Assembly: GCA_963845755.1 (NCBI GenBank)
Contig: CAWJTV010000036.1
Coordinates: 96,001 to 160,000, forward strand
Origin: an uncultured Planctomycetota bacterium
GTDB lineage: Bacteria; Planctomycetota; Planctomycetia; Isosphaerales; Isosphaeraceae
DNA length: 64,000 bases
Direction: 5' to 3'
Shown here piece after piece: positions 37,787 through 64,000 of the stretch. The notes below the pieces were generated by a model. That model worked only from the letters and a program-made list of their open reading frames with translations, did no database searches and had not been told where the DNA came from. Made by a program: the position numbers and the translations under genes. Position 1 is the stretch's first letter. The number at the start of each line of letters is the position of its first letter.

Positions 37787-39898
37787 TCAGTTTTGTCCGC
37801 TCATTTCTCCACCGGCGGGATTCCCGGACGCTCGTAGCGTATGGATTTCACCATGGATGGGGACCAGGCCGCCGATCCGGGCGGCCTCCAGGTCATCCGC
37901 GAGCTGTTCCTTCCAGGTCGCTAGGTCCCATTCGGGCGTCGGCCAGTCGATCTCGACGGAGTTGATGCCGGCACGGAGTACCTCCGCGGGCGCCACCAGC
38001 CCGGCCGTCGTCCAGGAGTTCGAGGTGGGTAGGCTCCCGATTGGAAGCTCATTCACCCGGACGACGATCGGCTGACCGCCGGAATGGCGGGTCCGATAGG
38101 TGAGAGTCAACCGGACCGGGAGGGGGCGATTGCAAACGAGGCGAAATTCCGACCTGCGATGATCGGCGCGATAGTAGGCATACTCGGATTCGTCCGGCGA
38201 GACATGGTATGACCTGGCCGAATACGACTTGCTCAGCAGGTCAACGTCTCGCTCATCGACGCCGTGTTCCCTCGCGAGGTGCGACTCGGTCCTCGACCGG
38301 AGGTGAGGATGCTGTCGGTCGATCGCACCCAGGACTTGCTCGACGAGGGGCGGGTTCAGGAACTTGTCCGGAGTTGGACGAGTGGGATCGAACAGTAGGC
38401 TGATCACGGAGGGGTTTTGAAGCTGGCACATCTCATCAAACGATTTGCAAAGTGCCGTCGGGATGCGCCTCATGTGAAAATCCAGGAACAAGGTCATCAT
38501 GCGATCCACGGCCGGCGAGAGTTCCACGGCCTTCTGGCAATGGTAGCGAACGATCTCGGGCCCCTGTCCCCAGTTGCCATTGTGGATGGCCGCGAGAAAG
38601 TGGGCCTCGCCCTCGATCCTCCGGTCAACCGGGAGTTTGACCCGGTTGATCTCGCGGATCGGGCGATGGATCCTGAACAATGACGCGAGGACGACCTGGG
38701 CGACGGCGGCCATCGCCACATGCGTACCTTCGACGGTGAAATGACAATAATCCATGAACATGCGGCGGTCGGGCAGGCCGTTTTGCCAATGGTCCTGGAA
38801 GATGCGCGGGAGGTTGACGAGGGCGAACCGGTTCTTGGCGGATTCGTCGCGGATCGTCTCCTGGATGACCGAGTAACAACGAGGGGACTCCGGACCTCGC
38901 GGCCAGCAGATGCCCGAGTCGCGGGCCACTTCCAGGTGCTTCCTGGCCTCCGCCGTGGCGCCCGCTCGCAGTTTGCTGTCGGCGATGATGTTGGAGCCGG
39001 CGGCGGTCGTCCCCCGATCGAGCGCGAGCAACTCAAGGCCCAGCGCCTCCGCATCTTTCAGGGCTCCAGCTGCCAGTGCCGTCTCCGCGGCCAGGCGCTG
39101 GGAATGCCATCGGGCCATCGCCGGAGGCGTCAGGAGCGGAGGATCGATCGCGTCCGTGCGCCAGTCCACGAGATTGAACTCGGGGAGCACGAAAACCATC
39201 GGGAAGCGATGGGCCTGTGCGATCCGGGCGAGCCCGGCAATCACCGAGAGTACGCGCGATCGTAGCAGCTCCTCGAGATATCGCTTCACGTCCGCCCAAC
39301 CACCCTCTCGCAGTCTGGCGGCCATGTCGTGAAACTCGTGAGGCGTCAATTCGTTCATGGGCTGCCAGTTGTTCCCGGCCAGGACCACGACCACGTCGGG
39401 GTTCAGTTGGACTGCCGCGGCGGCCAACTGCTGCAGGGGCCCGAGAAGCAGATCCGTCCGGGCGAGATCGACGACTTCAAGTTCGCGATCGCCGCTCATC
39501 TCCCGAAGGGCGTTCTGGAGGACTTTCGCGGGGTTGAACTGGGGATCGAAGAAGAAGCCACGGGCCACCGACTCGCCCAGGAGCAGGATGCGCTTCCGCC
39601 GGCCCTTGGGTTCGATGACGCGGAGGTTGGCCCAGAGGGTTGGCGGCTCCGTCGGCTCCGGGGCTCGGACGAAACGATACTCCGCGCCCTGGAGTCTGGG
39701 CTCCCAGATCCCGATCCGGCGCGGCTGATCGACCCGGGCGACCCGGTCGTCCGGTGCGCCCGTCGGATCGAGATCGTCGGCCGAGACGCGGAGGAGTTGC
39801 TTGAACAGCCCGAAGAGCCGAACGCCCTCCCCGGAAGCCATGGAGGATTCGGCCAACGAGCCGGCTGCATCCTTGAGTCGCTGTGATAGATATTTCAT
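37787..39898 (-). CDS. SGNH/GDSL-hydrolase-like protein
   Basis: 703 aa; RILLLGESVARG (block I), LAGNN (block III), FMDYCH (DxxH). Confidence 0.65.
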   Translation of the reverse strand: MKYLSQRLKDAAGSLAESSMASGEGVRLFGLFKQLLRVSADDLDPTGAPDDRVARVDQPRRIGIWEPRLQGAEYRFVRAPEPTEPPTLWANLRVIEPKGRRKRILLLGESVARGFFFDPQFNPAKVLQNALREMSGDRELEVVDLARTDLLLGPLQQLAAAAVQLNPDVVVVLAGNNWQPMNELTPHEFHDMAARLREGGWADVKRYLEELLRSRVLSVIAGLARIAQAHRFPMVFVLPEFNLVDWRTDAIDPPLLTPPAMARWHSQRLAAETALAAGALKDAEALGLELLALDRGTTAAGSNIIADSKLRAGATAEARKHLEVARDSGICWPRGPESPRCYSVIQETIRDESAKNRFALVNLPRIFQDHWQNGLPDRRMFMDYCHFTVEGTHVAMAAVAQVVLASLFRIHRPIREINRVKLPVDRRIEGEAHFLAAIHNGNWGQGPEIVRYHCQKAVELSPAVDRMMTLFLDFHMRRIPTALCKSFDEMCQLQNPSVISLLFDPTRPTPDKFLNPPLVEQVLGAIDRQHPHLRSRTESHLAREHGVDERDVDLLSKSYSARSYHVSPDESEYAYYRADHRRSEFRLVCNRPLPVRLTLTYRTRHSGGQPIVVRVNELPIGSLPTSNSWTTAGLVAPAEVLRAGINSVEIDWPTPEWDLATWKEQLADDLEAARIGGLVPIHGEIHTLRASGNPAGGEMSGQN

Positions 39899-39905
39899 CG
39901 TGTCC

Positions 39906-41666
39906 TCACAGGAGGGTGTATGTGCGATGACCCACCGCGGACCGGGCGGGCGCGGCCATGCTTCCGAGCAGGAGTTGGCAGGCCGGGCCGAGGGCCGATC
40001 GATGGACCGCGAAATCCTCCAGGATCAGGAGATCGATTTCCGATCGAATAAATGATATGATTGCATCGATTGGACTACAAACGATGGGCTCGCCCTTCAT
40101 GTTGAATGACGTATTGAGGAGTATCGGGCATCCGGTACGCTTGGCGAAGGCCCGAAGCAACCCGGCGAACCGGGGGTTATTCGCGTCATTAACCGTCTGG
40201 ACTCGAGCAGAACCATCGACGTGTGTGATGGCCGGTAAGGAAATCGTCGAACGGACCGGGCAGGTCTCGGTCATGAACCGGGAGGGATGGTCCATGTCGA
40301 AGTGTCCGGCGGCCTGGTCTTCCAGCACCGCCGGGGCGAAAGGACGAAACGCCTCGCGTTTCTTCACCAGGGCATTTATCCGATCGCGCATGGTCGGATT
40401 TCGCGGGTCCGCCAGGATGGAGCGGGAACCCAGGGCCCTCGGGCCGAATTCCATTCTTCCTTGAAACCACCCTGCGACCTGGCCTTCGGACAACCGCTCG
40501 GCGACCCATGCCAGCAGGTCCGGTTCGCGGCCTCGAAAGTCCAGATGATCCAGGCCGGCGGACTCGAGCAGGTTGGCGATTTCGGCGGTGCTATAGCCAG
40601 GCCCGAGATAAACATGTTCCATGCTTTGGCGACGCACGCCGGGACGTCCCAGGTTTCCGGCGGCAAGGGCTGCGGCACCGAGACAGCCCCCGGCGTCGCC
40701 GGCAGCCGGCTGGACAAACAAGCGACGAAAGGGGCCTTCGCTGAGAATCCGGCGATTGGCGACGCAATTCAGGGCAACCCCGCCGGCCATGCACAGATTC
40801 AAGGAGCCCGTCTCCGTATGCAGGTACGTGGCCTTCTCGAGGAGGATCTCCTCCAGCACGACTTGCAAGCTCCTGGCGATATCCTTGTGATGATCTCGAA
40901 TTTCGTCATCGGGTTTTCGCTGCGGGTGCCCGAACAGGGCGATCATCTCCTCCGTGTGCATCTGGTCGGGTGAGTTGAAGTCGAAGTATTGGAGATTCAA
41001 GCGGTACTGTCCCCTCGAAAGGTTCGTGATCAGTGCCGAGACCTGGTCCCGGTAGAGGGGCTTACCGTACGGCGCCAGGCCCATGACCTTGTATTCGCCT
41101 TCATTAACCTCGAAGCCGAGATAGCCGGTGATGGCGCTATAGAGCAATCCTAGCGAATTGGGAAAGTCCACCGATTCGAATAGCTCCAGATCATCGCGAT
41201 AACCACGACCGTACGTGGTGGTTTCCCATTCCCCAACGCCGTCCGCGGTCAAGATCGCGGCGTCGTCAAATCCGGAAAAAAAGTATGCACTTGCGGCGTG
41301 GGATTGGTGGTGCCCGAAGTATTGGATGGGCCCTTCGTAGCCCAGCCGCTCGCGAATCTCCGCTTCTGGGCGCAGGGCATTGAGACGTGAAAGTGTCTCG
41401 AAATCGTGCGGCAAGCCCGACATCATCATGCAGATCTGTCGCGCGAGCTTCCGGGCCGGTTGTTCGTAGAAGGCCAACACATCGATGTCCTGAATTCGGA
41501 CTCCACCCGCCTGAAGACAATAATTGAAGGCCGATCGCGGAATCGCCGGATCGTGCTTTCTTCGAGAGAACCGTTCCTCCTCGGCGGCGGCCACGAGGAC
41601 GCCGTCCTGTAGCAGGCAGCAGGCGGAATCGTGGTAATGAGCGGATATTCCAATGACGTTGGTCAT
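39906..41666 (-). CDS. Carbamoyltransferase (NodU/CmcH family)
   Basis: [85 protein letters not shown] upstream of ATG 41666; in frame with the NRPS TE in this assembly. Confidence 0.93.
   Translation of the reverse strand: MTNVIGISAHYHDSACCLLQDGVLVAAAEEERFSRRKHDPAIPRSAFNYCLQAGGVRIQDIDVLAFYEQPARKLARQICMMMSGLPHDFETLSRLNALRPEAEIRERLGYEGPIQYFGHHQSHAASAYFFSGFDDAAILTADGVGEWETTTYGRGYRDDLELFESVDFPNSLGLLYSAITGYLGFEVNEGEYKVMGLAPYGKPLYRDQVSALITNLSRGQYRLNLQYFDFNSPDQMHTEEMIALFGHPQRKPDDEIRDHHKDIARSLQVVLEEILLEKATYLHTETGSLNLCMAGGVALNCVANRRILSEGPFRRLFVQPAAGDAGGCLGAAALAAGNLGRPGVRRQSMEHVYLGPGYSTAEIANLLESAGLDHLDFRGREPDLLAWVAERLSEGQVAGWFQGRMEFGPRALGSRSILADPRNPTMRDRINALVKKREAFRPFAPAVLEDQAAGHFDMDHPSRFMTETCPVRSTISLPAITHVDGSARVQTVNDANNPRFAGLLRAFAKRTGCPILLNTSFNMKGEPIVCSPIDAIISFIRSEIDLLILEDFAVHRSALGPACQLLLGSMAAPARSAVGHRTYTLL

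Positions 41667-64000
<22,334 letters not shown>

Overview
High-GC bacterial DNA, probably Planctomycetota (Isosphaeraceae-like, inferred from kinase N-termini such as 'DRNLLFAVIALQ', the kinase/WD40 expansion and palindromic repeats). Many single-base indels split genes across reading frames and are probably long-read consensus errors. The window has two parts. (A) 1-32070 is a signalling/redox island. It holds five Ser/Thr kinases, two class III nucleotide cyclases with non-canonical base-specifying residues, and a stand-alone NuoE-NuoF fusion. It also encodes a [2Fe-2S]/[4Fe-4S]-cNMP-cNMP-[4Fe-4S]x4 protein, a membrane protein with two His-x13-His helices (di-heme b type), and deca- and penta-heme c cytochromes. 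Together these suggest a cyclic-nucleotide-gated transmembrane electron conduit. Three tandem kinases carry an N-terminal HEPN-like domain (ExxLK/R ... RNxxx(x)H), a hydrophobic helix and WD40 arrays, a parts list similar to Ire1. (B) 32474-64000 is the 3' end of a large NRPS cluster: six visible modules (three with E domains) plus TE. Its accessory genes are MbtH, a PhyH-type dioxygenase, an amidohydrolase, a carbamoyltransferase, an SGNH-like protein, HldE and a GT9 heptosyltransferase-family enzyme. The NRPS shows near-identical multi-kb duplications with swapped A-domain specificity cassettes. No rRNA, tRNA, CRISPR array or transposase was recognised.
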